From NCBI GenBank assembly GCA_036012755.1, contig DASCPX010000203.1:1-39304 (forward strand): DNA of 39,304 bases, in the 5' to 3' direction. Below, one piece after another: positions 8,978 through 21,667 of the stretch (position 1 is the first letter of the stretch; every line of letters starts with the position of its first letter). The notes beneath the pieces were generated by a model. The model was not told the DNA's origin and did not search any database. It saw nothing but the letters and a program-made list of their open reading frames with translations. The translations under genes were made by a program, and so were the position numbers. Origin of the DNA: Myxococcota bacterium (lineage in GTDB: Bacteria; Myxococcota_A; UBA796; CAJQPC01).

Positions 8978-9176
8978 ACTTTCTCCGAAGTCCGGCCCGA
9001 TCCCGTCCGAATCAGGGACCGTAGGGCCTCCATACTCGGGCGGAACCCGGACCTCGGGTCGCGCGGGCAATGATGATGCTCACGGATCACCTCGCGAACC
9101 GCTCTCGCATCCCTGGACTCCAAGCACCTGGCCCACCAGGGACCACCGGTGACTCCACCGACCTCAAGGAGAAGGC

Positions 9177-11222
<2,046 letters not shown>

Positions 11223-12302
11223 ATGCCCCTGAACATCGACAACGATCTCCACCGCTTCCGCCAGATCGTGAAGGGCCGGATCCGAAAGGACCTGAAGCGC
11301 TTCATGAGCTCCGGCGAGATGATCGGGAAGCAGGGGAAGAAGGTCGTGTCGATTCCGCTGCCCCAGATCGCCATCCCCAGGTTCCGCTACGGCAAGAACC
11401 AGGGCGGCGTAGGGCAAGGCGAGGGAGACGGCCAGGGCTCCGGCCAGGGAGAGGCTGGCAACGAAGCCGGTCAGCACGTGCTCGAGGTCGACGTCTCCTA
11501 CGAGGAGCTCGCCGAGATCCTGGCAGAGGAGCTCGAACTCCCGAACATCGAGCCCCGCGGCCAGAAAGAGATCACGACCGCAAAGGACCGCTACACCGGC
11601 ATCTCCCAGCAGGGGCCGGAGTCCCTGCGCCACACCCGGCGGACCTTCCGCGAGGCGCTGAAGCGCCAGATCGCGGGGGGGAACTACGACCCGAAGAACC
11701 CACGGATCGTGCCGGTCAAGGAGGACAAGCGCTACCGCTCCTGGAAGGCGCAGACCCAACCACAGTCTGCCGCGGTGATCATCTACATGATGGACGTCAG
11801 CGGCAGCATGGGGAAGGAGCAGAAGGAGATCGTGCGGCTGGAGGCATTCTGGATCGACACCTGGCTGTCCCACCAGTACAAGAACGTCGACACGCGCTTC
11901 ATCATCCACGACGCCGTGGCCAAGGAAGTGGACCGGCACACCTTCTTCCACACCCGAGAGAGCGGCGGCACGTTGATCTCGTCCGCGTACAAGCTGGCCA
12001 TGCGCATCATCGACGCGGAGTACCCACCGCAGGAGTGGAACATCTACCCCTTCCACTTCAGCGACGGGGACAACTGGAGCTCCAGCGACACGAAGCAGTG
12101 CATGGAGCTCCTGAAGACCCAGATGGTCCCGAAGGTGAACCAGTTCTGCTATGGCCAGGTCGACTCCGAGTACGGGAGCGGCCAGTTCATCAAGGACCTC
12201 GAGCAGAACTTCGGCGAAGAGAAGTTCGTGCGTCTTTCTCGCATAGCAGACCGCGAGGGCATCATGGACTCTATCAAGGACTTCCTCGGGAAGGGCTACT
12301 GA
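11223..12302 (+). CDS. yeaH: YeaH/YhbH (DUF444) vWA-domain protein
   Basis: 'EELELPNI', 'MMDVSGSM', 'ESGGT..SSAY' and '[13 protein letters not shown]'; directly follows prkA. Confidence 0.93.
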   Translation: MPLNIDNDLHRFRQIVKGRIRKDLKRFMSSGEMIGKQGKKVVSIPLPQIAIPRFRYGKNQGGVGQGEGDGQGSGQGEAGNEAGQHVLEVDVSYEELAEILAEELELPNIEPRGQKEITTAKDRYTGISQQGPESLRHTRRTFREALKRQIAGGNYDPKNPRIVPVKEDKRYRSWKAQTQPQSAAVIIYMMDVSGSMGKEQKEIVRLEAFWIDTWLSHQYKNVDTRFIIHDAVAKEVDRHTFFHTRESGGTLISSAYKLAMRIIDAEYPPQEWNIYPFHFSDGDNWSSSDTKQCMELLKTQMVPKVNQFCYGQVDSEYGSGQFIKDLEQNFGEEKFVRLSRIADREGIMDSIKDFLGKGY

Positions 12303-12303
12303 G

Positions 12304-13814
<1,511 letters not shown>

Positions 13815-13818
<4 letters not shown>

Positions 13819-14261
13819 GCCTCAAGGACGCCCTCGGTGACAAGCTCGACCTGCCCGGTGTCGACAGCGGGCACATCGAGGTGGAGTACGACAACCGCAA
13901 GGCGGAGATCGATCTCGTAGAGGTCGGCCCCATCGGTGCGAGAGTGAAGCGCGTCAGGGTGAGCGTGCCGAGCGCCGCCCCACTCCAGCAGCAAGCAGAC
14001 GGAATCTGTGAACGACTCAGGGGACTTGGCGAGCGTCTTGTTCCTGTAGAGGTCGACGAACGCCTGGGCGGTGGGGTCCTGCGCAGCGATCCCAACGAGA
14101 TGAACGGGCGCCGCTACTACGAGGTCGGCCTCGACGGTGATTCCGCTACTGTCGAACGATATCGCGCACTTGACGATGGCGGTCGAGAGCAAGAGGACTT
14201 CACCGTCACCCGAGACCAGCTCGGGCGCATCGTGGACGACCTCGCAGAGGGCTTGAGCTGA
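13815..14261 (+). CDS. Hypothetical protein translationally coupled to spoVR
   Basis: GTG start overlaps the spoVR stop (GTGA). 148 aa with plausible globular composition. Confidence 0.7.
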
Positions 14262-14262
14262 G

Positions 14263-15372
14263 TCAGCAGCGCTGGAAGGTGTGCACCACGAGGATCTCGC
14301 CGGTCTCGGTGTTCACGACACCGACGGCCTCCTCCGAGCACTCGGACATGTCCATGTAGAGCTGGAGCTCCACGTGGTCAGACGGGGCCGCCGTGACCGG
14401 GTCGCGGATGTCCTCGAACATGGTCTCGACCTCTCCGTAGAGCGCCGCGGCCTCGCTCTCGTCCGTGGGGTCCCAGTCGCCGTCCTCGGCGTGCTCGTCG
14501 ATGGCGGTCAGCGTGGTGTCCAACAGCTGCGTGTAGGCACGACCACCGCTGGTCCAGTCACCGACCTGGCGAACGTCCCGGTACTGGCCGGCCTCGCTGT
14601 AGCTGAGGAAGAAGACCTCGTTCCACAGCGCCTCTTCGATGGCGGCGCGAGCCTCGTCGTCGTCCTGCCAGTCTCGGCAGCCCGACAGGCTCAGGGCCTT
14701 CACGTCGGCGAAGGGGGCATCGCTGGTGGTCGTGAGGGCCAACAGCCTGGTGTAGTCCTCTGCGGAGAGGTTCTTGCCGGCCGTGATGCTCAGCTCGCAG
14801 CCTGCCGCGGTGGCGTCGTCACCGACTGCCTCGAGCCGGAGGATCGTCATCGCTGCGTTGCCGATCCAGTAGAGCTCTGAGAGCGCGTGGATGGTCTGGA
14901 TGTCGCCTGCCGCGAGGATGCTGTCGACGGCGCGGCGATCCAGGAGCGCGTCGAGCTCCTGCTCATCGGCTCCGACCACGAAGTCGAGGGTGAGCTCGGC
15001 CTGCTCGGTGGTGAAGGTCACGCCGTCCCAGGTGCCGAGTTCGTCGTCGCCCTCTGGAACCCAGCCGTTGGCGTAGGCGTGTGACTCGAGCTTGGTGAGC
15101 GCGGCCGGGCCGACCCACCAGGAGTCGTCGACCTCTGTGATGTCGTCGAAGGAGCCGGAGTCGAGCTTGTGCTGCATGAGCGCCTTGGCCGCCCGGCGAT
15201 CGAGACCGACGAGGTCGTCGAGGACCGGGAGGTTGGTGCTGTCGTCGTTGACGAAGCGCACGACGCCGACGGCGCCAGGGCTGCCTTGGAGCAGGGTGTT
15301 GTCGATGCCCTTGGCGTGTGCGGCGAAGCCGCCGCTGTTGGAGCCAGAGCAAGCGAGGATCAGGATGAACAT
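14263..15372 (-). CDS. Acidic lipoprotein with two degenerate ComEA-like helix-hairpin-helix repeats
   Basis: GGAGG RBS and MFILILAC start. Repeats 'LDRRAAKAL...FDDITEVDDSWWVGPAALTKL' and 'LDRRAVDSIL...IQTIHALSELYWIGNAAMTIL'. Confidence 0.7.
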   Translation of the reverse strand: MFILILACSGSNSGGFAAHAKGIDNTLLQGSPGAVGVVRFVNDDSTNLPVLDDLVGLDRRAAKALMQHKLDSGSFDDITEVDDSWWVGPAALTKLESHAYANGWVPEGDDELGTWDGVTFTTEQAELTLDFVVGADEQELDALLDRRAVDSILAAGDIQTIHALSELYWIGNAAMTILRLEAVGDDATAAGCELSITAGKNLSAEDYTRLLALTTTSDAPFADVKALSLSGCRDWQDDDEARAAIEEALWNEVFFLSYSEAGQYRDVRQVGDWTSGGRAYTQLLDTTLTAIDEHAEDGDWDPTDESEAAALYGEVETMFEDIRDPVTAAPSDHVELQLYMDMSECSEEAVGVVNTETGEILVVHTFQRC

Positions 15373-15487
15373 GGGAAGCCTCCACAAGTGGGTGCAACCG
15401 CAGATTCGACGTTGTAGGGGGGACCCGGGTCGGGGACTCTTGTCGCTGCGGACCCGACCGGGGCAGCGCCCTTATTCCACAGCTTCC

Positions 15488-15508
15488 AAGGTGGCAAGGC
15501 CACTTTTT
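15488..15508. terminator. Hairpin with T-run just downstream of hpt
   Basis: AAGGTGGC-AAG-GCCACTTTTT. The T-run is on the + strand, so orientation relative to hpt is atypical. Confidence 0.35.
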
Positions 15509-15514
15509 CTCACG

Positions 15515-16033
15515 TCAGTCGGTCTTCACCCCGATGAAGGGCAGCTCCCGGTAGCGCTGAGCGAGGTCGGCGCCATAGCCGAGCACGAAGAGATCCTCGA
15601 TCTCGAAGCCGACATGATCGACGGGGACCTCGACCACCCGCCGTGAGGGCTTGTCCAGGAAAGCGGCGATGCGCAGGCTGGCGGGGGACAGCGAGAGGAT
15701 GTGCTCTCGGGCCCAGGCCAGGGTGCGGCCGGTGTCGATGATGTCGTCGACCAGCAGCACGTGGCGGCCGGTGATCGGATCGCTGAGGTGTTTCTTGACC
15801 TCGATGACCCCGCTCGAGGTCGTGCCAGCGCCGTAGCTGGAAAGCTCGAGGAAGTCCATCTCCACCCTCACGCCGGCGTCGTGCAGCGCGCGGGCAAGGT
15901 CAGCGCAAAAGACCACGCAGCCCTTCAGAGGCCCGACGAGCACGACCTCGTCCGTGGGCAGGGCAGCGGCGATCTCCCGACCCAGCTCGGCGACACGGGT
16001 CTGGATGCGCTCGCGAGAGATCAGGATGTCCAT
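15515..16033 (-). CDS. hpt: Hypoxanthine phosphoribosyltransferase
   Basis: 'MDILISRERIQTRVAELG', 'LKGCVVFCADL', 'SSYG', PRPP-binding 'VLLVDDIIDTGRTL' and 'FVLGYGADLAQRYRELPFIG'. GGAGG RBS before ATG 16033. Confidence 0.95.
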   Translation of the reverse strand: MDILISRERIQTRVAELGREIAAALPTDEVVLVGPLKGCVVFCADLARALHDAGVRVEMDFLELSSYGAGTTSSGVIEVKKHLSDPITGRHVLLVDDIIDTGRTLAWAREHILSLSPASLRIAAFLDKPSRRVVEVPVDHVGFEIEDLFVLGYGADLAQRYRELPFIGVKTD

Positions 16034-16076
16034 CAGGGAGCCTCCAAGAGCAGGGATCGATGTCGGGGTCTGACCC

Positions 16077-17072
16077 CTACTGAACCGGCTCGCCGAGGCG
16101 CGCCGACAGCATGGCGATGAGATCAGCCCGCTTGGCGAAGACGAGATCCTCGCCCTCGATGATGCGGTCGTAGTCGACCTGTCGGTCGATGGCGAAGCGT
16201 CCGATGGGGTTGTGCACGTAGCGCAGGGGACCGGCATCCTCCCAACGCGACTCGAGCACGATCGGGCTCCGCTGTCCCCACGGCTTCTCGTACTGCTCGA
16301 TCCGCGCGCGACAGGCCTCGCGACCCCATGCGACCGTCGCGTCCTGGTCGTAGAGGAAGCGGACCTGGCGCCATGCCCCGTCACCGGAGGTCATGGCCTC
16401 GACGTCTCCGTAGTAGGCGTCGAGCCCGTTGCACTCGACGGCCATCGCACGGGGGCCAGCCCTCCGCGCCTGCAGAGCCTGCAGAGCCTCCAGCGCACGG
16501 CGCTGTGCAGCCTGGTCACCAGAGAGCAGATCGAGCATCAGGTCCAGCTGGTCCAAGGAGCTGTCGATCAGGCTCACGCCGCCAATGAAGCTGATGAGAT
16601 CGCCGTCGGCGTCCTTGAGGAGCACGCCCCAGCGCGCGGGTTCGAGCACGGCGTCGACGGCGGCTTCGGAGTCGACGGCCACCAGCTCCCAGCCCTTCAA
16701 CTGGGAGGCTCGAGAGAGCTGGACGAAGGGCGCCATGTCGGGGCGCCCGACCTCGACGCCCTCGACGACCGGCAGCGACAGCGCGCCACCGGCCATGGCC
16801 GCCTCGAGCGCAGCCAGCGCCTCCGCGTCCTGCTGCCAGGAGGTCAGGAGCAGGAGATCCGGTGGGCGATCCTCGCGGAGGATGTCCCGGTGGGAGCTCG
16901 GTCCTCGCAGCGCGAAGGCCGCCTGGACAGCCTCCCAGGTCCCCGCCCCGCCAGGCACCGCCGCCGGAGGGACCTCGATGGGCCCCTGCTCCGCGCCGCC
17001 ACAGCGCAGCGCGAACAGGCCCAGGATGCACAGCGCTGTGAGCACGCACAGCCCCACGACCAGCTTCTTCAT
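16077..17072 (-). CDS. Hypothetical N-terminally membrane-anchored, helical protein
   Basis: MKKLVVGLCVLTALCILGLFAL hydrophobic start; ATGA overlap with the upstream thioredoxin-like gene. Confidence 0.7.
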   Translation of the reverse strand: MKKLVVGLCVLTALCILGLFALRCGGAEQGPIEVPPAAVPGGAGTWEAVQAAFALRGPSSHRDILREDRPPDLLLLTSWQQDAEALAALEAAMAGGALSLPVVEGVEVGRPDMAPFVQLSRASQLKGWELVAVDSEAAVDAVLEPARWGVLLKDADGDLISFIGGVSLIDSSLDQLDLMLDLLSGDQAAQRRALEALQALQARRAGPRAMAVECNGLDAYYGDVEAMTSGDGAWRQVRFLYDQDATVAWGREACRARIEQYEKPWGQRSPIVLESRWEDAGPLRYVHNPIGRFAIDRQVDYDRIIEGEDLVFAKRADLIAMLSARLGEPVQ

Positions 17073-17536
17073 GGAGCCTGGTCGGCTGCGAAGAAGCGCT
17101 CGAGCACTGGCGCCATGTTCGCGACGGTGTTGTCGGCCCAGGCTCCACCGGTGATGGACTCGGGCTGCGGCGCGCCGTGCTCGTCGAGGTGGACCCAGAA
17201 GGGGATGCCGCTGGTGATGAAGCCTGCCCCAGGCAGCTCGGCGGCGTACTCGTCAGCGTCGATCTCGATGATCCGCACGCCCTCGTGGGCAGCCACCATC
17301 GCCGGATCGTCCTTCACCTTCTTGTAGACGAGGCAAGGCGCGCACCAGCCCGCTCCCAGGTACGCGACCGGCTTTTCACCAGCCTCTACGGCGGCGGCGG
17401 CTTCACGCGCGACCTCGTCGGTCAGCACGCGATCTCCCTCGATCTTCGTCCAGGATATCGATGCCTCCGGAGCCCCGCTGATCTCAGCCTGCGGCGTGCA
17501 GGTGCACGCGAGCGTCATCCACAACATCATGCTCAT
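17069..17536 (-). CDS. Thioredoxin-fold (lipo)protein
   Basis: 'KPVAYLGAGWCAPC' CxxC, 'IEIDAD' and cis-Pro 'GIPF'. N-terminal MMLWMTLAC; start could be 17536, 17530 or 17527. Confidence 0.8.
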   Translation of the reverse strand: MSMMLWMTLACTCTPQAEISGAPEASISWTKIEGDRVLTDEVAREAAAAVEAGEKPVAYLGAGWCAPCLVYKKVKDDPAMVAAHEGVRIIEIDADEYAAELPGAGFITSGIPFWVHLDEHGAPQPESITGGAWADNTVANMAPVLERFFAADQAP

Positions 17537-17583
17537 GTTGGACCGGTAGCCCCGCCGCGAGGTTCCCGCACTACGCTGGTGGC

Positions 17584-18177
17584 ATGTGGTGGATCGCCGC
17601 CTGCACATTCGAGGGCCCTGCTCCTGACGTCGTCTACGGCGGCGGGCGCATCTGGGGGGAGATGACGCTCTCCGACGAGTTCGACGAGGGCCCCATCGGC
17701 ACCTTCGAGATCGAGGGCACGGACGACCCCGCCGGTTTCGACTTCGACGACTGCGACTCCGGGGGAGCCCTCCGGCTCGGAAACGACGCGATCCACGAGC
17801 GGGTCACGGCCTGCTTCCAGCCCGACGAGATGGAGGGCTTCGATCTCAAGGAGGTCCGCCGCTGGTGTGGCATCGACGACTACGGCCCGCTGCTCATCGA
17901 CTTCGAGTTCGACGAAGACGGCAAGCGCATCTGGACCATAGACCCGGTGATGGAGGTGATCGGCTCGCCCGCCGGCGGTCTGGAGGCTTGGAGCCAGTCC
18001 TCGCTGTCCATGAACGACGTCGAGACCCACGGCATGAGCGTCTACATGACCCACGTGGACTGGGTGATCATGGCGGCCGAGGAGGAGGGCTGCGACAAGC
18101 ACCTCGGCATCCTGGGCACCGGCACGGCCACCGTCAGCTGGGAGTTCGACCCGGAGGTCCGCGCCGTGCTCGAGTGA
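17584..18177 (+). CDS. Hypothetical acidic protein, probable lipoprotein
   Basis: MWWIAAC start, strongly C/G-ending codons, TACGCT 6 nt upstream. Confidence 0.7.
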   Translation: MWWIAACTFEGPAPDVVYGGGRIWGEMTLSDEFDEGPIGTFEIEGTDDPAGFDFDDCDSGGALRLGNDAIHERVTACFQPDEMEGFDLKEVRRWCGIDDYGPLLIDFEFDEDGKRIWTIDPVMEVIGSPAGGLEAWSQSSLSMNDVETHGMSVYMTHVDWVIMAAEEEGCDKHLGILGTGTATVSWEFDPEVRAVLE

Positions 18178-18179
18178 GC

Positions 18180-18217
18180 GCGGACCCTCCAGACCACCTT
18201 GGGCCTGGAGGGTCCGC
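18180..18217. terminator. 13-bp perfect stem-loop between convergent genes
   Basis: GCGGACCCTCCAG (18180-18192) and CTGGAGGGTCCGC (18205-18217), 2 nt after the stop at 18177. Confidence 0.6.
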
Positions 18218-18326
18218 CCCCTCCCGGGGGGGTGTCCAACTCGGGACTCCCGCAACCTGACATGTTCGCGGCGTTTTGAACATTACAGCCGATTACAGCT
18301 GCCCTCGATCAACTCGTACGTCGGTG

Positions 18327-19481
18327 CTACCGGCGGCGACGAACCCACAGCAGAGCCAGGATCCAGCTGGCACCGATCGCCCCAGAGGAGCAGCCACAGC
18401 CCCCCAGCGGCGTGCGCTCCCCAGGCATCAGGTTCTTGGGATCGCGGCCGTCGTCGGCCGTGTCCCGCTCCGGGTCGCTGTCTCCTGGCGGGTCGCTGTC
18501 TCCTGGCGGGTCGCTGTCTCCTGGCTGCTCCACCTCGCCGACGCACTCGACGCTGAGCGTGAAGTCGCTCTGGGCATCCTCCCAGCCGTCCACGACCGCC
18601 ACGTAGACGTGATCGGCGCTGGCGGACCAGGCGACGGACTCGTCCGAGGCGTCGCTCTCGGAGCTCGATCCGAGACAACCGGAGCCATCGCAAGCGGCGT
18701 CCTCGAGCACGTAGAGGTCAAGGTCGGCGGAGAGCCCGGTCATCCTCACCGTCACGTCCTCGGAGAGCCCGGTGACGACCTCGAAGGCAAGCTCCTTGCC
18801 CGTGTAGGTCCAGTCCTCGCACCCGTACGCCATGTGCTCGGCGTCTCCAGAGGCGTTGCTGCCAGACCAGGTGTCCCCGCAGGTGAGACGGCTGGTGGGA
18901 GAGCACTCGGGCACGTCCTCGCAGACACCGCCAGGCACGCTGCCGTGTGAGCCCTGGGAGACCCAGTAGGAGGGCGGCGAGGAGCAGTCCCCGTAGAAGG
19001 GATCGTGGGCCACCGAGTCGACCCGCACCTCGAAGTGGAGGTGGGGCCCCGTCGAGTAGCCGCTGGAGCCCATCTCGCCGAGCACGGTGCCGCAGGCCAC
19101 GCTGTCTCCCGCGCCGACCGCTACGGACCACTGCTTCAGGTGGGCGTAGTAGGTGACCTTGCCGTCGGGGTGCTCGATCACGACGTAGTTGCCGAAGCCG
19201 CCGCCGCCGTCGCAGTCGCCGGTCGTGCACTCGTCGAACTCGCCGTCGTTGGTGTAGAGCACCGTGCCCGGTGCGGCCGCGACGATGGTCCGACCCTCCT
19301 CCATGCCGTCGAAGCCGCCGCCGCCGAAGTCCGAGCCGTTGTGCCCGGAGTAGCGGATGGACCCGCAGGCCCAGTCGACCCCGCTGTGGTCCTTGTAGGC
19401 AGTGGGGTACATCGAGGAGATGTCGTCGTCGGCCACGGGGAACCGGTAGTCCTGGGCCAGGGCCAGGCCGACGAGGATCAA
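18327..19481 (-). CDS. M23 family metallopeptidase with PPC-like domain and MYXO-CTERM-like anchor
   Basis: HNGSD (HxxxD), 'GFGNYVVIEHPDG..TYYAHL', 'GSSGYSTGPHLHFEVR' (HxH), 'ADLDLYVL' PPC-like motif and a GGCGC...WILALLWVRRRR tail. TTG start overlaps the upstream stop (TTGA). Confidence 0.88.
   Translation of the reverse strand: MILVGLALAQDYRFPVADDDISSMYPTAYKDHSGVDWACGSIRYSGHNGSDFGGGGFDGMEEGRTIVAAAPGTVLYTNDGEFDECTTGDCDGGGGFGNYVVIEHPDGKVTYYAHLKQWSVAVGAGDSVACGTVLGEMGSSGYSTGPHLHFEVRVDSVAHDPFYGDCSSPPSYWVSQGSHGSVPGGVCEDVPECSPTSRLTCGDTWSGSNASGDAEHMAYGCEDWTYTGKELAFEVVTGLSEDVTVRMTGLSADLDLYVLEDAACDGSGCLGSSSESDASDESVAWSASADHVYVAVVDGWEDAQSDFTLSVECVGEVEQPGDSDPPGDSDPPGDSDPERDTADDGRDPKNLMPGERTPLGGCGCSSGAIGASWILALLWVRRRR
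18471..18525. repeat. 3 x 18-bp perfect tandem repeat encoding a PGDSDP linker
   Basis: CGGGTCGCTGTCTCCTGG repeated three times. Confidence 0.9.
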
Positions 19482-19882
19482 GGCGCCGCCACGCTCTTCG
19501 GCCCCTCTGGCGAGTCCCAGCTGATCACATCGCCGTCGAAGACCAGGCCCCCCCGATGAGGCGGCGGCACGAAATCGGGAGAGGGGCCGGTGAGGCCGAC
19601 GTTCGTGAGCTGCACGGGGTCTCGCTCGGACAACGACATCCACCAGACGGAGGCCACCGGTCCGGCGACCCACACGAGCTCCGTGCCGTCCGGGCTCAGG
19701 GCCGGACGATCCCCGCGCTGCACGAGCACCTCCCTCTGTCCGTCCGTCACGAGCTCGATGCGGGCCTCGCCACCGGCTGTCGTGCACTCCACGGTCGTGG
19801 ATCCGGCCTCGACGACAGCAAGGACCCCCGGGAGACGGTCTGTCTCCTGCGCGCCGGCGAGTGCAAAGAAGACCTGGAGCAT
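19478..19882 (-). CDS. Small secreted protein with a single TolB/PD40-like motif
   Basis: 'RPALSPDGTELVWV...SVWWMSL...PVQLTN'; short signal MLQVFFALAGA; TAGCCT 5 nt upstream. Confidence 0.65.
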   Translation of the reverse strand: MLQVFFALAGAQETDRLPGVLAVVEAGSTTVECTTAGGEARIELVTDGQREVLVQRGDRPALSPDGTELVWVAGPVASVWWMSLSERDPVQLTNVGLTGPSPDFVPPPHRGGLVFDGDVISWDSPEGPKSVAAP

Positions 19883-19922
19883 GCCTCAGGCTAACCGCCC
19901 TCCCAACCGGATAGACGAGCGC

Positions 19923-20633
19923 ATGATCTGGTGGACCCTCGGAGCGGCTCTGGCCTGGGACGTGACCGACGCTGGCGAGGCGGTGCCCGACGCCACCAAG
20001 GCGGTCATCGTCGTGACCCCCGGGGTGAGCCGCCAGGCGGTCTTCACCTGGGTCGAGATCTTCGAGCAGGAGGGGCTCGACGCCTGGACCGCCACCCTGC
20101 CCTCCAAGGGCCAGTCCCTGGACGCGGCCGTAGAGAGCCTGGGCGAGGCCATCGCTGCCCTCGACGAAGAGGTCGTCATCGCGGCCCACGGCTACGCAGG
20201 CGTGCTCGTCCTGTTGGCAGGCCTGGAGCCGAAGCGCCTGGTCCTCGTCGGGGTGCCGCTGGCCAAGCAGGTCACGACGACCATCGCTGTCCATCCCGGC
20301 GAGGTCGTCAGCGAGGGCATGCCCTTCCCAGCGGAGCTGACGGGTCACCTGCCGCTGGAGCCCTACTCCGGCGACCTCGGCGGGGCCTACTTCACCTGGG
20401 CCTCCGACTTCCCGGACTACGCGGCGCCCACGACCCCCACGCTGGTCATCGGGTCCAACGTCGATCCGATCGCCCCGCCCGAGATCTGCAGGCTCCCCAG
20501 CCGAGACTGGCCCGACCGCGCCTGGCACCGGGCCGGCAGGCTGGGGGTGGCCGAGGAGGAGCTCGAACACTCCGGGCTGCTCACCCATCCGCGGACCGCC
20601 AGGATGATCGCGCGCTTCCTGGGCGAGCCATGA
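19923..20633 (+). CDS. Alpha/beta-hydrolase-fold protein lacking the nucleophile serine
   Basis: 'FEQEGLDAW', 'VIAAHGYAG' (vs GHSxGG), 'PTLVIGSNVDPIAPPE' and 'LEHSGLL'. Parallels the downstream paralog. Confidence 0.65.
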   Translation: MIWWTLGAALAWDVTDAGEAVPDATKAVIVVTPGVSRQAVFTWVEIFEQEGLDAWTATLPSKGQSLDAAVESLGEAIAALDEEVVIAAHGYAGVLVLLAGLEPKRLVLVGVPLAKQVTTTIAVHPGEVVSEGMPFPAELTGHLPLEPYSGDLGGAYFTWASDFPDYAAPTTPTLVIGSNVDPIAPPEICRLPSRDWPDRAWHRAGRLGVAEEELEHSGLLTHPRTARMIARFLGEP

Positions 20634-21667
20634 TCTGGCTCCTGGCCTGCACGGGCGAAGAAGAAGTCCGGATCGAGCGCGACCTGCCCGAAGCCGAGCA
20701 GTTCACGGTCGCGACAGACGACGGAGCAGCCATCGTGCTCACCCGCCGAGCGGCAGAAGGACCGCCGGTGGTCATCGTCCACGGCATCTCGAGCAACCAC
20801 CACTGCTGGGACCTGACGAGGGAGCGCAGCCTGGCCGTCTACCTGCAGGAGCAGGGCTTCGACGCCTGGCTCGTCGACCTGCGCGGCCACGGTGACGCCA
20901 CCCTCGACGCAGACGAGAAGCGTCAGTGGGCGGGCTGGTCCATCGATCACTATGGCCAGCACGACATCCCGGCGGCGGTCGATTTCGTCCGGCAGGAGAC
21001 CGGCTACGAGCAGGTCGGCTACGTAGGACACAGCCTCGGCGGCATGGTGGGCGCCATCTACGTCGGCACCCAACCCGGCGCCGAGGACGCCCTCTCGAGC
21101 CTCATCGCGGTGGGCTCGCCGATGGACTTCAGCGACCCGGACCCGGTGATGTGGAGCGCGCTGTACTCGGCGGGCTTCACCTGGATCCCGCTCATCCCGA
21201 GCGGGCTCGGGGGGCGCTTCGCTGCGCTCTTCGACGGCAAGACCTTCACCCGGGCCGATGTCTGGGCCCAGGAGCTCCTGTTCACCGACATCGAGCAGGG
21301 CTTCGTGCCGCTGATGTACGCCAACGTCGCCTCACCGCTGACCCGCGGAGAGCTGCTCCAGCTCTCCCGCGTCGTCGAGACCCAGTCCTTCGTCAGCGCC
21401 GAGGGCAGCATCGACTACACCAGAGCCCTCAACGACGTCACCACCCCGACGCTGGTCATCGCCGGCCGCGGGGACCAGATCGCCCCTGTGGACCGGGTGT
21501 ACGCCTACTACGACGAGGTCGGCGCCACAGAGAAGGCCTTCGTGGTAGCTGGCCGAGCCACCGGCTTCGCCGCGGACTACGGGCACCTCGACCTGCCGCT
21601 GGGTGATCACGCCCGAGAGGAGATCTACCCGCTGATCGCGGAGTGGCTCGCTGGGGAGGGCCGATGA
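20630..21667 (+). CDS. Alpha/beta hydrolase (lipase/PHA-synthase-like fold), probable lipoprotein
   Basis: 'VVIVHGISSN', 'GFDAWLVDLRGHG', GHSLGG nucleophile elbow, 'GDQIAP' Asp and 'YGHLDL' His. ATGA coupling; starts MIWLLAC. Confidence 0.9.
   Translation: MIWLLACTGEEEVRIERDLPEAEQFTVATDDGAAIVLTRRAAEGPPVVIVHGISSNHHCWDLTRERSLAVYLQEQGFDAWLVDLRGHGDATLDADEKRQWAGWSIDHYGQHDIPAAVDFVRQETGYEQVGYVGHSLGGMVGAIYVGTQPGAEDALSSLIAVGSPMDFSDPDPVMWSALYSAGFTWIPLIPSGLGGRFAALFDGKTFTRADVWAQELLFTDIEQGFVPLMYANVASPLTRGELLQLSRVVETQSFVSAEGSIDYTRALNDVTTPTLVIAGRGDQIAPVDRVYAYYDEVGATEKAFVVAGRATGFAADYGHLDLPLGDHAREEIYPLIAEWLAGEGR

Noticed and set aside
9121..9165. Repeated CACC motifs before the prkA RBS
   Set aside because: The motif is too short and the spacing irregular (9, 10, 12 bp) to support an operator call.
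8941..9176. Sigma-54 promoter expected by analogy to E. coli yeaGH
   Set aside because: CGGCACG is present but there is no correctly spaced TTGC -12 element.
15470..15482. TATTCCACA DnaA-box-like site near hpt
   Set aside because: Single imperfect copy; insufficient evidence.
19482..20588. Long N-terminal extension of the 753-aa M23 ORF
   Set aside because: It overlaps two better-supported genes; the real start is the coupled TTG at 19481. The same applies to the extensions on the hpt, AKR, hydrolase, LTD and grpE ORFs.
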